From Nitrososphaeria archaeon (GTDB lineage: Archaea; Thermoproteota; Nitrososphaeria; JACIWG01), in assembly GCA_050011875.1 (NCBI GenBank), contig JBEKIG010000002.1, positions 32,001-96,000 of the forward strand: 64,000 nt of DNA, given 5' to 3'. A model generated the notes under the pieces. The model saw only the letters and a list, made by a program, of their open reading frames with translations. It was not told where the DNA came from and made no database searches. Position numbers and translations under genes: made by a program. Positions 8,032 to 18,357 of this stretch are shown piece by piece; within the stretch, counting starts at the first letter, position 1, and each line of letters begins with the position of its first letter.

Positions 8032-9300
8032 CTATTCAACCTCCCTAGTGACCATTCGTGAAACAACATGCCCTACTGGATTAACTACATCACATAGTCC
8101 TGCAACTCTATTGAGTATTGTACGGGTTCGGCTATCGGTAGGTTGATAGATGCCATCTTGACTTCGTGACACAAGACCAACTCTCATCCAAAGCGGTCCC
8201 ATCATTCTTTTACCAAATTCGTCTAGGTCAACATCCTTTACTCCATTCTTTAAGATTAAATCAATCAGTTGCGAGACCTTCGTACCATCGCCAAAGTCCT
8301 TACCAAGCTTTGACTGGAGTTCACCAAGCGTTGCAAGTGCACTTTCATTCTTTGGCAGGTACTTGCTTAACTTTGTACCCAAAAGTTTCTCGAGGTCTTC
8401 TATATACTTAGCTTGCCTATTGAAATAAAAAATATTATCGCCATGTCGCATTGTGATCAGAGAGGGATTCAGTCCACTAACCAAGTCCTCTAAAGTTCCA
8501 TATTCGACCAATTCATATGCAAGTTCTTTACTAACTAATGCAGGTACACTAGCGAGAGAACTCGGATTGCCCGTGGCTGGAAAAGTTGGTAAGATAAACA
8601 ATTTGTCGTCATATTCGCTGTAAAACGGCACTTTATTGTGTTGATGAAATGGTTCAATATTCATAACGCTAAAGATATTGACAGGTTTGATAACTTCTAG
8701 TAGATGATGGCTATTGAGATTATCCTGTACGGTAGAGGCTAAATCACGTCTAGACATCTTACGAGGGTTTGCATCGACTAACGCCATCGAGCCTATGGTC
8801 TGAGCCATAGCCTTCACATATGGACTTCTAAGCATCGATTCAGGGTTCATAAGCATAGCAAAGGTAGTTGAACTCACTTCAGGAAAAATTTTCACAAATT
8901 TTTGATTCTCTTCTGTATATATATAAATCTGCCCAAGTTCAATGGAACGTTGGAGTTTCAAAGTGACGAGTCCTTTAACTTCGGATCGTCTATCTTGGCG
9001 TTCTAAAATTGGAATACCTGTAATTCTCATATATGCCGTGGTGGTTTTTTCCAAGAAGTCATCCAAAGGAAGTACTCCGCCAAAACTTTCAAAGACTTCA
9101 GCAACAGCAATACCTAATTTTAAATTCAGGGCTCTGCGATAATTCACTTTAGTTTTCTCCAAGGCGTCTTTAGTCCCGATGTATGAAGTTGAAAGAACAG
9201 TTGTTCGCATGGCTCTTTGGCTGAAGTCTTCCTTATCCATGTCAAGTGCATTAGCTATCTTTTCAACTTCTTTCATGATCATTTGAAGTTTGTTATCCAT
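8032..9300 (-). CDS. Hypothetical protein (422 aa), transposon cargo
   Basis: Long ORF, SD-like AGGT and TATA upstream, 2 bp from next gene; no recognised motif. Confidence 0.75.
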   Translation of the reverse strand: MDNKLQMIMKEVEKIANALDMDKEDFSQRAMRTTVLSTSYIGTKDALEKTKVNYRRALNLKLGIAVAEVFESFGGVLPLDDFLEKTTTAYMRITGIPILERQDRRSEVKGLVTLKLQRSIELGQIYIYTEENQKFVKIFPEVSSTTFAMLMNPESMLRSPYVKAMAQTIGSMALVDANPRKMSRRDLASTVQDNLNSHHLLEVIKPVNIFSVMNIEPFHQHNKVPFYSEYDDKLFILPTFPATGNPSSLASVPALVSKELAYELVEYGTLEDLVSGLNPSLITMRHGDNIFYFNRQAKYIEDLEKLLGTKLSKYLPKNESALATLGELQSKLGKDFGDGTKVSQLIDLILKNGVKDVDLDEFGKRMMGPLWMRVGLVSRSQDGIYQPTDSRTRTILNRVAGLCDVVNPVGHVVSRMVTREVE

Positions 9301-9460
9301 CGTTATCTTTACCTTTAACCAACTATGGTTAGACTTGGCTAAATATAAACATATTTAGTATTGTTTAGCCTTGTTCAACATCTAACCTCAAAATTGTGTA
9401 TACTCTAATTTTGAACCACCATATAATACTAAACCGTTAAAACCTTATAACACTCAAGTC

Positions 9461-9491
9461 GTGCAAATAAGTTAACAGAACCGTGTGAGAG
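9461..9491 (+). repeat. Right TIR (9461-9482) plus TSD (9483-9491) of element 1
   Basis: GTGCAAATAAGTTAACAGAACC then GTGTGAGAG. Confidence 0.95.
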
Positions 9492-9526
9492 TAAAACTTA
9501 TCAATAAGTCACTATAAGATAATATT

Positions 9527-9787
9527 ATGTCAGAGGTTAAGAAGACAGTAGTGGGCGAAATCGAACACTTCTATCCCAAGATAAATGTAGTTATTGTGAC
9601 TGTCAAAACCCCTTTGAAGGTTGGAGACAAAATAATAATAGAAGGTAAAACTACACATTTTGAGCAGATTGTAGATTCAATGCAGATCGAACATTCTAAC
9701 ATTAAGGAAGCGGAGCTGGGACAATCCATAGGCCTTAAAGTTGTTAATAAAGTAAAAGAAGGCGACACTGTCTTCAAATTAGATTAA
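9527..9787 (+). CDS. Small translation-factor-like beta-barrel protein
   Basis: VGEIEHFYPKINV, LKVGDKI, VDSMQIEH, GQSIGLKV. Confidence 0.75.
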   Translation: MSEVKKTVVGEIEHFYPKINVVIVTVKTPLKVGDKIIIEGKTTHFEQIVDSMQIEHSNIKEAELGQSIGLKVVNKVKEGDTVFKLD

Positions 9788-9929
9788 TAAAAAGATCTAG
9801 GTTCACAAAGGTTCATTGCTATATATTTTAGATAATAAAAAATAGTTCAAAAATAAATACTCTTTTAAAGTGATAACAATTATTTAATAAATAATGGAAT
9901 ATCGTATATCGGAAATGGTGCTTTAATAC

Positions 9930-10550
9930 ATGTTTGACTTATCTGTGCTCCTGAAAATTATAATCGTTAGCGCTTCAGGAGCACTTGTACCAGGTCCTTT
10001 AACGGCATCGGCTACTACACTTGGCGTAAAAAATGGGTGGAAGGCTGGTTTAAGAATTGCATTTGGTCATACACTTGTTGAATTTCCTCTAGTTATTTCG
10101 ATAGCCTATGGACTTGAAACTATCTTTCAGATTCCATCAATCAAATTTTTCTTAGGATTAGTTGGTGGGTCATTTCTGTTATTTTTTGGTTGTCTAACAG
10201 TAAAAGATGCACTTTACGTTAGAAGCAGTGATTTTCAGAACACAAAATCCAAGCATAATTCTTCCCTATTCGTGGGCGTTATCTTAACATTATTTAATCC
10301 ATATTTTATCGCTTGGTGGCTAGGTGTAGGATCAACTCTTATGATGCAAGTGTTAACTTCAATAAGTCTATTTGTGGTCATTGTTTTTTATTTGGCTCAC
10401 GTGTGGTTGGATTACGTCTGGCTTATGTTTATTTCCACGGTTGGTTCAGCATCAAAAATAAATCTCAAACTCTATAAGATAATTTTGATAGTATTATCAA
10501 TTATAATATTCTATTTCGGAATAAATCTGATTACATCAACAATATTTTAA
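9930..10550 (+). CDS. LysE family transporter
   Basis: SGALVPGP, GHTLVE, NPYFIAWW; multiple TM segments. Confidence 0.85.
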   Translation: MFDLSVLLKIIIVSASGALVPGPLTASATTLGVKNGWKAGLRIAFGHTLVEFPLVISIAYGLETIFQIPSIKFFLGLVGGSFLLFFGCLTVKDALYVRSSDFQNTKSKHNSSLFVGVILTLFNPYFIAWWLGVGSTLMMQVLTSISLFVVIVFYLAHVWLDYVWLMFISTVGSASKINLKLYKIILIVLSIIIFYFGINLITSTIF

Positions 10551-10743
10551 ACAAAATTTGTATAACTGTTCTGTTTTATTGTTGTAATCCTTTTAATAAG
10601 CTCATTTTTAAAATTTATTAACGCTAGTAATATCTTCTAGCTTTTTACATTGACCACACGTCAATATAAAAATATGTCTTAAACTTGACACATGCCTTCT
10701 TGGAAGAATAAGCATATTAGGTTAAAAAGTCTGATGCTAGCTT

Positions 10744-11448
10744 ATGAAGGTAGCTGCACTTGGAGACATACATGCTCCAAAGTACTTTGACCTTTTTAAG
10801 AAAAGCTTAGAAGAATTCCTCAAAAGAAAAGAAGGTGTATCGGCTTTTTTGCTTGCAGGAGACTTAATAGATGGTGGACGTTATGACCAACTTGATATAA
10901 TAAGAGAATTGATAAGAAAAGTGGATTTACCGACTTACAGTTGTTTCGGCAATAATGAATATCAAGAGTATTCAGATATTGTTATGAAAAAACTTCCAGA
11001 AGTAGTTTTTTTAGACGACAATTGTATGAAACTTAAAAGAATAGAAGATGACGTCGCTATAGTCGGATCAAGAGGTGTTCTCGACAAACCAACTTACTGG
11101 CAGAAGAAAAACTGGAATGATGCTGACGAAATCTATGAAAAAAGGAGAAACAAGCTCAATGAATTAGCTGATATGTGCCAAGCCGACATGAAGATTTTAC
11201 TAATCCATTATCCACCAACATTGAAGATTGTTAAGGGGGAAAATCCTAGATTTACAGAACAAATGGGGTCCAATAAGCTCGACCCGGTCATCAAGAAGTT
11301 TAACCTCGTCATAACTGCTCATGCTCATAAGGGAAAAAAGTTAGTGGAAATAGACGGTATTCCAGTTTATAATGTTTCCTTACCACTAAATGGTGGAATA
11401 CGTATTTTGGAAGTAAAGCAAAAGCATGGTCTAGAAAAGTATATGTGA
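10744..11448 (+). CDS. Metallophosphoesterase
   Basis: GDIH, AGDL, FGNNE, HYPP, HAH. Confidence 0.85.
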   Translation: MKVAALGDIHAPKYFDLFKKSLEEFLKRKEGVSAFLLAGDLIDGGRYDQLDIIRELIRKVDLPTYSCFGNNEYQEYSDIVMKKLPEVVFLDDNCMKLKRIEDDVAIVGSRGVLDKPTYWQKKNWNDADEIYEKRRNKLNELADMCQADMKILLIHYPPTLKIVKGENPRFTEQMGSNKLDPVIKKFNLVITAHAHKGKKLVEIDGIPVYNVSLPLNGGIRILEVKQKHGLEKYM

Positions 11449-11611
11449 CTATATTTCAATTAAATCATAAAAGGAGGCCTAACCTATTTTCACATCTTTT
11501 ATTTATCTTAAAAATTCTAGTAGCCAAGTTAATAATCATATAAGTACACAGTTAAAAGATAAGGCTTTACGATAAACATTTATAATATAAAAATGACAAT
11601 ATTAGAATCAG

Positions 11612-13288
11612 GTGTTTCAATTGAGGATAGCATTAGCCCAGATAAATTCTACTGTTGGTGACATTGAAGGAAATATTAAGAAAATTAGTGGTTTCATTTC
11701 AGAAGCAAAAAAAGCTGAGGTTGATTTAATAGTTTTTCCCGAGCTCTGCGTTACCGGATATCCCCCACAAGATCTCCTTTATGAAAAAGAGTTTGTTAGA
11801 AAGAACAAGGAAATGTTGCTCGATCTTATAAGTAAAAATTTAGAAATAGTTGCCGTTGTTGGTTTTGTAGACTATAAAGATGAAGGGTTATACAACTCTG
11901 CTGCTGTCTTTAAGAGCACTTTACTTTTAGGTACCGTGTATAAGACACTTTTACCTACTTACGATGTCTTTGATGAGGCTAGATATTTTATTCCTCAGGC
12001 TAGGCGACAGATTAAACCTGTGGCTGTAAAAATAAAAAATACTATTATCAAATTGGGTGTTGAAATCTGCGAAGATTTATGGGATGAGCGTTATGAAACA
12101 AAGGTAACAGATTTGTTGACACAAAAAGGTGCAGATTTGATAATTAACATTTCTGCATCTCCATTTTACATTGGTAAGAGATTTGAACGAGAGATTCTTT
12201 TGACTGAAAAAGCTCAAAAAAACAGGGTTCCTATATTCTACGTCAACTTAGTCGGTGGACAAGATGAACTTGTCTTCGATGGACAAAGTCTTGCAGTGGA
12301 TGCCTTTGGAAAATTTATATGTTTTGGTAAACAGTTTGAAGAAGACCTAATCGTTATCGAAATTGAAACAAAACAGAAGGTTGCAGAGAATGTCATCCCT
12401 CCCAACTATGATAGGGAGGAGGAAATGTTTAATGCATTGGTTCTTGGTGTCCGAGACTACTTCAAAAAGACTGGATTTAAAAGAGCAATTGTAGGGATGA
12501 GCGGCGGTATCGATTCTTCGGTAACTACCTGCATTGCAGCTAGCGCCCTTGGCAAGGATAGCGTTATAGGCGTGTCAATGCCATCTAAATTCTCGAGCAT
12601 GCACAGTAGAACTGATGCCGAAACATTAGCAAATAATCTGGGCATCTACTTTATCCAATTCTCCATTCAAGATATTGTTGGGAGCTTCCATAATACTTTG
12701 GAAGAACCATTGTGTCTGGTAAGAAATCATTTTGGTATAGATAAAAGTCAAGATGACAGTGTTGCTGATGAAAACATCCAACCACGAGTAAGGGGGAATT
12801 CTTTAATGGACATCTCGAATCGTCTCAGGGATTTAAGAATATTAGTCTTGAACACAGGAAATAAAACAGAGGTTGCTCTTGGTTACAATACCCTTTACGG
12901 TGATATGACCGGTGGACTAGGTGTTTTAGGGGATGTTAGTAAACTCGATGTTTACAAGCTGGCTGATTTTATTAATCGGAAATCTGGAAGGGAAATTATT
13001 CCCAAAGACGTGTTGGAAAAGAAACCGTCTCCAGAACTTAAAGAGAATCAGTTTGACCCTTTTGACTTTAACATTGTGAGCCCTCTGGTTGACGAGATAA
13101 TCGGCAACAGGAGAAGCAAAAAAGAGCTAATTAGTATGGGATATCCCCCAGGTATCGTCAATGATGTATACAAGAGAATCAGAAATGCTGAGTACAAAAG
13201 ATGGCAGGCACCTCCCGCCATCAAAATCACGAAGAAAGCTTTTGGAATAGGATGGAAGATGCCTATAGTAAACAAATATGAAGGTTAA
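11612..13288 (+). CDS. nadE: Glutamine-dependent NAD+ synthetase
   Basis: Nitrilase domain (FPEL, ICEDLW) plus SGGIDS, ENIQPRVRG, GYNTLYGD. Confidence 0.95.
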   Translation: MFQLRIALAQINSTVGDIEGNIKKISGFISEAKKAEVDLIVFPELCVTGYPPQDLLYEKEFVRKNKEMLLDLISKNLEIVAVVGFVDYKDEGLYNSAAVFKSTLLLGTVYKTLLPTYDVFDEARYFIPQARRQIKPVAVKIKNTIIKLGVEICEDLWDERYETKVTDLLTQKGADLIINISASPFYIGKRFEREILLTEKAQKNRVPIFYVNLVGGQDELVFDGQSLAVDAFGKFICFGKQFEEDLIVIEIETKQKVAENVIPPNYDREEEMFNALVLGVRDYFKKTGFKRAIVGMSGGIDSSVTTCIAASALGKDSVIGVSMPSKFSSMHSRTDAETLANNLGIYFIQFSIQDIVGSFHNTLEEPLCLVRNHFGIDKSQDDSVADENIQPRVRGNSLMDISNRLRDLRILVLNTGNKTEVALGYNTLYGDMTGGLGVLGDVSKLDVYKLADFINRKSGREIIPKDVLEKKPSPELKENQFDPFDFNIVSPLVDEIIGNRRSKKELISMGYPPGIVNDVYKRIRNAEYKRWQAPPAIKITKKAFGIGWKMPIVNKYEG

Positions 13289-13677
13289 ACGAACATCAAC
13301 CTCGAATTAGGTGTCGTATCAACTTTAATTTAAGAAAATAACATTCTTCCGGCTGTAATTCTCAAATATTATTACTCCTTCTATTAAAAAATATCATTGC
13401 AAGAACAATATCAAAACAAATTGGGCTTCCATTTTAAGATTAATAGTATAGAGATTTCATAATCTGTGTCCGAGGACAGACAGGCTAATATTGAACAAAT
13501 AAGTTCTGACCTAAATCACTGGGAAAACGGGCAATTAGTTTATATCTACTCAACAGTTGTTGAAATTCATATTCTGGTTCCAATTAATTAAAAATCTTCC
13601 TTATATCAAAATTATTTTTTGGATAGACTATTAGAAAAGAATAAATTAAGCAGGTTATTTACATCATTGACTATTAC

Positions 13678-14268
13678 ATGAGAACATTTTGTGTTGTAGG
13701 CGAGTCAAACTCTGGAAAAACTGTGCTCGTAGAAAAATTGGTTAAAACGTTAACGTCTAAGGGGTATACAGTGTGCACTTTAAAACATACGAATCTCAAT
13801 TCATTCGATACGGAAGGTAAGGATACATCAAAACATCTTCATGCGGGAGCAAGAATAGCATTCGGTCTCTCAAGGAAGGAATCTATAGCATTCCTCGAAA
13901 GGAAAACTATCGAAGATCTATCGCAATTGCTTCCACCATCCGATTTTTTTATAATTGAAGGTGGAAAGAAAACAGTTTGTCCCAAGATACTTGTAGGAAA
14001 AAAGAAAGTTAATGGAAAATATATAGCTAACTGGCAAATGGGACAGCCGATTGAAAATGTTATTCAATCTATAATTGCTCTACCTTCCGATTCAACACAA
14101 CTATATGTAGACAGTAAAAGGATTAACCTGAATCCTTTTATCCAAAAAGCTATAATATCTATGCTCTTAGGTTTTATCGTAAATCTTAAGGGTGTTGAAA
14201 GCGCAGAACGTGAACTAACGATAAAAGTAAACCTTAAGGAATTTAAGAATAAGTTAAAGGAGACATGA
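13678..14268 (+). CDS. mobB: Molybdopterin-guanine dinucleotide biosynthesis protein B
   Basis: GESNSGKT, LKH, DTEGKDT, IIEG. Confidence 0.85.
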   Translation: MRTFCVVGESNSGKTVLVEKLVKTLTSKGYTVCTLKHTNLNSFDTEGKDTSKHLHAGARIAFGLSRKESIAFLERKTIEDLSQLLPPSDFFIIEGGKKTVCPKILVGKKKVNGKYIANWQMGQPIENVIQSIIALPSDSTQLYVDSKRINLNPFIQKAIISMLLGFIVNLKGVESAERELTIKVNLKEFKNKLKET

Positions 14269-14399
14269 TTATCTTAGACATTTTTTAAGATATTTCCATG
14301 TCGCAATCAATACAAAAGGAAATCTAAAATGAAAAGAATAAACAAAGAGCATGTAAAGTTTCTTCCAAATAATACTGTAAATTAAGTCATAAAAACTGT

Positions 14400-14963
14400 T
14401 TATTTTTTTATCTCAGGAGAAGGCTTGAGGAAGAAAGAGGCTCCTGCAATCATAAGCCATGCCACTAATAATATTATAAAGCCGATCAAAAATATGATGA
14501 GCACCGAACCTATAAGGAGAAGAAGGCCCCCCGTACGGAACGACTTCACTCCCGTCCTTGATGCCAACGCATTAAATGTTCTTTTAAAGAATATGTTTTC
14601 GAAAAAGAAGAGTAAGAACATTATCAAAATTATACCTATCAGAACAAAAAAAATTGATGACGCAAATTCCTTTGTCAATTCGGTTGGATTACTTAAAAGT
14701 TCACTGATTATTGAAAAAAGTAATGCAGGAATGTGCGCCAAGGTTATAAGTGTAAAAAAAAATGAGGAAAGAATACCAAAAATAAAGCCGTAAAACGTAT
14801 TTCTAAGCATATCGATGTCCTGATAATAATATGACAATTCTCTTAGACCGATGAGAAGGACCACTATTCCAATGATGCCTACTACGGGAATCAATAATCC
14901 CATTGCAATCAAAATTGCTCCTACTCCCGAGTAAATTTTATTCCTATTAAAATTAATAGGCAT
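14400..14963 (-). CDS. DUF996-like membrane protein
   Basis: GVGAIL, LSYYYQD, TGVKSFRTGGLLLLIG pattern. Confidence 0.7.
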   Translation of the reverse strand: MPINFNRNKIYSGVGAILIAMGLLIPVVGIIGIVVLLIGLRELSYYYQDIDMLRNTFYGFIFGILSSFFFTLITLAHIPALLFSIISELLSNPTELTKEFASSIFFVLIGIILIMFLLFFFENIFFKRTFNALASRTGVKSFRTGGLLLLIGSVLIIFLIGFIILLVAWLMIAGASFFLKPSPEIKK

Positions 14964-15066
14964 AATAAGAAAACTTTTATTCTGTTTTTAAACTTTTTAA
15001 TTAAAATTTAGCGTCGTAGGATAACTTAAAAATATTACCGTAAAATATAGTAACTGGCGGATTCGA

Positions 15067-16212
15067 TTGAAATATAGACAATTTGGGAAACTTGATTGGA
15101 AAGTTTCTGCACTCGGTTTTGGAGCGATGAGGCTGCCAATTATAGGCTCAGATAAAAGTAAGATAGACGAGGGGGAAGCAATCAAAATGATACGTTATGC
15201 TATAGATCATGGTGTGAACTATTTAGATTCTGCGTATACCTACCATGAAGGTAATAGCGAGACACTTGTTGGGAAGGCTCTGAAAGATGGATACAGGCAA
15301 AAAGTTAGGGTAGCTACAAAGATGCCTACCTGGTTGATCAATTCTCAATCTGATATGACAAAATTCTTGAACGAGCAGTTAACGAGATTACAATTAGATC
15401 ATGTTGACTTCTATTTGCTCCATGGTCTCAAAAAGGATCGTTGGTTGAAGATGAAAGAATTAAATGTTTTTGATTGGGCTAAAAAAGCGATCGAAGAAGG
15501 TAAGATAATGCATATAGGTTTCAGCTTCCATGACGATTACGAGACATTTAAGGAAATTATAGATGGCTATGATAAATGGGATCTTTGCCAGATACAATAC
15601 AATTACTTAGATCAAGACGTTCAAGCCGGTACTCGTGGCTTGAGGTATGCTGCATCAAAAAAGTTAGCTGTTGTTGTTATGGAGCCTATCGCCGGTGGAA
15701 TTCTCGCTTTCAAACCGTCAAAAGAAATCCAGGATATTTGGAATAGAAGGAAGACTAAAAGAACCCCTGCTGGATGGGCTCTACAATGGGTTTGGGATCA
15801 CCCTGAAGTGTCCTTGGCCTTAAGTGGGATGAGCACTATGAAACAGGTTATAGAAAACATAAAAAGTGCAGGTAGGTCTAAATCGAATAAATTAACAGAA
15901 AAAGAGTTAGATACGATAACTGATGTAAAGAAGAGATATATTCAATACGGACTCATAGGCTGTAAAGATTGTGGGTACTGTATGCCATGCCCTCAAGGTG
16001 TGGAAATACCCAAGATTCTAGTATTCTATAACGAACATGGTAAAAGACGTGGAAACGGTGAAGCAATAAAAGAACTAGCTGAAAGATATAATGAGACAAT
16101 ACCTGCTGAAAATCGTGCTACGAAATGTGTTAAATGTGGACAATGTGAGGAAAGATGCCCCCAGCAGCTGCCTATCCGTGACTTACTTGCAAAAGCTGTT
16201 ACAACATTCTAG
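15067..16212 (+). CDS. Aldo/keto reductase with C-terminal 4Fe-4S domain
   Basis: LGFGAMRLP, DSAYTYH, CKDCGYCMPCP, CVKCGQCEERCP. Confidence 0.9.
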   Translation: MKYRQFGKLDWKVSALGFGAMRLPIIGSDKSKIDEGEAIKMIRYAIDHGVNYLDSAYTYHEGNSETLVGKALKDGYRQKVRVATKMPTWLINSQSDMTKFLNEQLTRLQLDHVDFYLLHGLKKDRWLKMKELNVFDWAKKAIEEGKIMHIGFSFHDDYETFKEIIDGYDKWDLCQIQYNYLDQDVQAGTRGLRYAASKKLAVVVMEPIAGGILAFKPSKEIQDIWNRRKTKRTPAGWALQWVWDHPEVSLALSGMSTMKQVIENIKSAGRSKSNKLTEKELDTITDVKKRYIQYGLIGCKDCGYCMPCPQGVEIPKILVFYNEHGKRRGNGEAIKELAERYNETIPAENRATKCVKCGQCEERCPQQLPIRDLLAKAVTTF

Positions 16213-16284
16213 GCGACATTAAATATTCATAGAAAACCTTCGAATATATTATCTGGCGCAAGATTCATACACGATCGATCAATA

Positions 16285-17253
16285 TCATTCTTTAAAGGGC
16301 AACATTGCCATAATAAGTGGAAATATGATTGTTGCGTCACCGCTTACAAAACATTGTTCTGCATTCGGTTTTATCTTTCCCCATGTTATTGCTTCCTTGG
16401 GTTTTGCACCACTTAGACTTCCATCAAATTCCTGTGCAGTAGATATGTAGACGACGTAGTCTAGACCGTCTTTGAATTGGTTCCACCAAATTGTGTGATG
16501 TTTGCTTATCCCCCCGCCTATCACGATTGCTCCACTGCTTTTGGCTTTAAATACAATGTCAGCAAGTTCGTTCTGATCTTTAAAGGGATTCAACGTAAAC
16601 TTATGTAGCCCAGAATAGCTGAACATTGCTGTGCCAAATGCGCCATCCAAAAAACCCGGTACAAAGATGGGGACGTTCTTTTTATAAGCGCTATACATAA
16701 AGGAATCATCATTTCCGATGTCCCTTGCGATTGATTCAATTACTTCTCTAACGCCGTAGGTGTTGCTTGAATCTAGCCTTGATAATGTATTGTAAACTAT
16801 GCGCTCGACAACTGGACCGTAATTTTCCATCGGGATGAAAACATTTCCAAGTCTATGGATATTCATTTGTTCAAGATATTTATCATCTATTTCAAAAGTC
16901 CCCCTAAAATAGCCATCTCCACATGTTCTAGCGATATCATGGTCTATAGCGCCGCAGGTTGTAATAATAACATCGACGAATCCATTATTTATCGCATCCT
17001 TTATCAAACCACGGAAGCCTGTTGAGACAAGATTGCCTGTAAAGGACAGAAACTTGATACATTTTCTATCTTTAATCATCCTACTAGCTATCTTCGTTGC
17101 GTTAGCGATATCCGCTGCAGAAAAACCCCAGATATTTTCATATAGTTCAACCAGAGATTTGATATCCTTCAGATCTTTAATTGAAGGATCTTTAATTAAC
17201 GGACCCAAAACCTTTTTTCTCTCCTTCAACATCATACTTCTCGACATTATCAT
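16285..17253 (-). CDS. dys: Deoxyhypusine synthase
   Basis: FTGNLVSTG, GGGISKH, DGSLSGAKPKEAITWGK. Confidence 0.95.
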   Translation of the reverse strand: MIMSRSMMLKERKKVLGPLIKDPSIKDLKDIKSLVELYENIWGFSAADIANATKIASRMIKDRKCIKFLSFTGNLVSTGFRGLIKDAINNGFVDVIITTCGAIDHDIARTCGDGYFRGTFEIDDKYLEQMNIHRLGNVFIPMENYGPVVERIVYNTLSRLDSSNTYGVREVIESIARDIGNDDSFMYSAYKKNVPIFVPGFLDGAFGTAMFSYSGLHKFTLNPFKDQNELADIVFKAKSSGAIVIGGGISKHHTIWWNQFKDGLDYVVYISTAQEFDGSLSGAKPKEAITWGKIKPNAEQCFVSGDATIIFPLIMAMLPFKE

Positions 17254-17304
17254 TATCTTAATATTTTATAAACAATTATTTTTTCGTTAAGAAAAATCTT
17301 TTTG

Positions 17305-18357
17305 TCAAAAAACTACTGACAGGTATCTTTTTGCATTGCTAGCTATCTTTGACATCAAAAAATTCTTCGGCCAAGAATATCCTTTTGATTCCGAGAACAT
17401 GTCCTCAACAGAATTTAAATCTCTATTTCTTACATGTTTAAGTGAAGTTGACAGCAATTTTATTGTATCGTTGCTTGAATATTTGGAAGAACCGACTTTC
17501 AAGAACTCGTTAAGAGCCTGCCATTTAGAAACAAGTTTTGCTTTAGTTATCGCATCTTCCCCACTTTCTGATAAAGTAAGCAAATCGACATGCTTTTTTA
17601 GGTTTATACTACATACCTGTAAATATTTATTTACATTACTCGAGGCAATGTTTTCAGAGACTGTTTTAACAAGTTGGTCAAAAAAGGTTTCAGGTTTTTC
17701 AGTAGAAATTGTTGTAAAACTTTTTTCCTTCATGACAATTTTTTCTGGCCCAGAATTTATTGATGCCACTGTATCCATGCAATTACATAGTCCTTGCAAA
17801 CCATCCATTACTGTATATCCAAATTCACATGAGGTTTTAGACAGCCACGTTAAATTGATAACGTTCTGCAAGATGGTTTTCCCGCTCACTTCTGTAAGCG
17901 CTTGCTTAGTAATGAACTTCCCGCGTGCAAAAGCCATAATATACTCTCCTTTTTCGTTTTCAATTCTGTAGAACCCAAGCTCAGGCGATGATTTAGATGC
18001 AAAGATAGATTGTTCATCTAGTAGGTTCCTCATCAATTTTTCATCAAATAAATTTATGATTAAATTCTCAACTCTCGGAGGATAATATATGAACATCAAC
18101 TTTGCTGGATCAGATATACATGGTGTGATACTTTCGAAGCCAGTCTTGTATTCGACTAAATCATTATTTATTCCTTCATCCACAAGTTTATATATATCAT
18201 CTAAATTTTCTTTATTTTCATTGACAAGGAAGTGACATTCACTTGGATCCATTCTTCCCTTAAAAATGGCCATTGTTGCTAACCTGCATGTCATGTTGCC
18301 GCATAAACCGCAATTTTCTGCCGGCATCTTAACATTCAAGTCATGTATAAAATGCAT
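17305..18357 (-). CDS. Fe-S cluster-binding protein
   Basis: N-terminal NCGLCGxxxC...C motif; PCISDP. Confidence 0.65.
   Translation of the reverse strand: MHFIHDLNVKMPAENCGLCGNMTCRLATMAIFKGRMDPSECHFLVNENKENLDDIYKLVDEGINNDLVEYKTGFESITPCISDPAKLMFIYYPPRVENLIINLFDEKLMRNLLDEQSIFASKSSPELGFYRIENEKGEYIMAFARGKFITKQALTEVSGKTILQNVINLTWLSKTSCEFGYTVMDGLQGLCNCMDTVASINSGPEKIVMKEKSFTTISTEKPETFFDQLVKTVSENIASSNVNKYLQVCSINLKKHVDLLTLSESGEDAITKAKLVSKWQALNEFLKVGSSKYSSNDTIKLLSTSLKHVRNRDLNSVEDMFSESKGYSWPKNFLMSKIASNAKRYLSVVF

Larger units (their letters stand above)
4712..9482. mobile_element. IS6-like cargo transposon, element 1 (4771 bp)
   Basis: Perfect 22-bp TIR GGTTCTGTTAACTTATTTGCAC at 4712-4733 and its reverse complement at 9461-9482; direct repeat GTGTGAGAG at 4703-4711 and 9483-9491; internal DDE transposase. 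GGTTCTGTT matches the IS257/IS431-type IS6 end. Confidence 0.93.

Noticed and set aside
14425-14793. Long antisense ORFs here and at 17336, 19759, 22637, 31234, 35369, 48353, 58973
   Set aside because: Shadow frames opposite well-supported genes.
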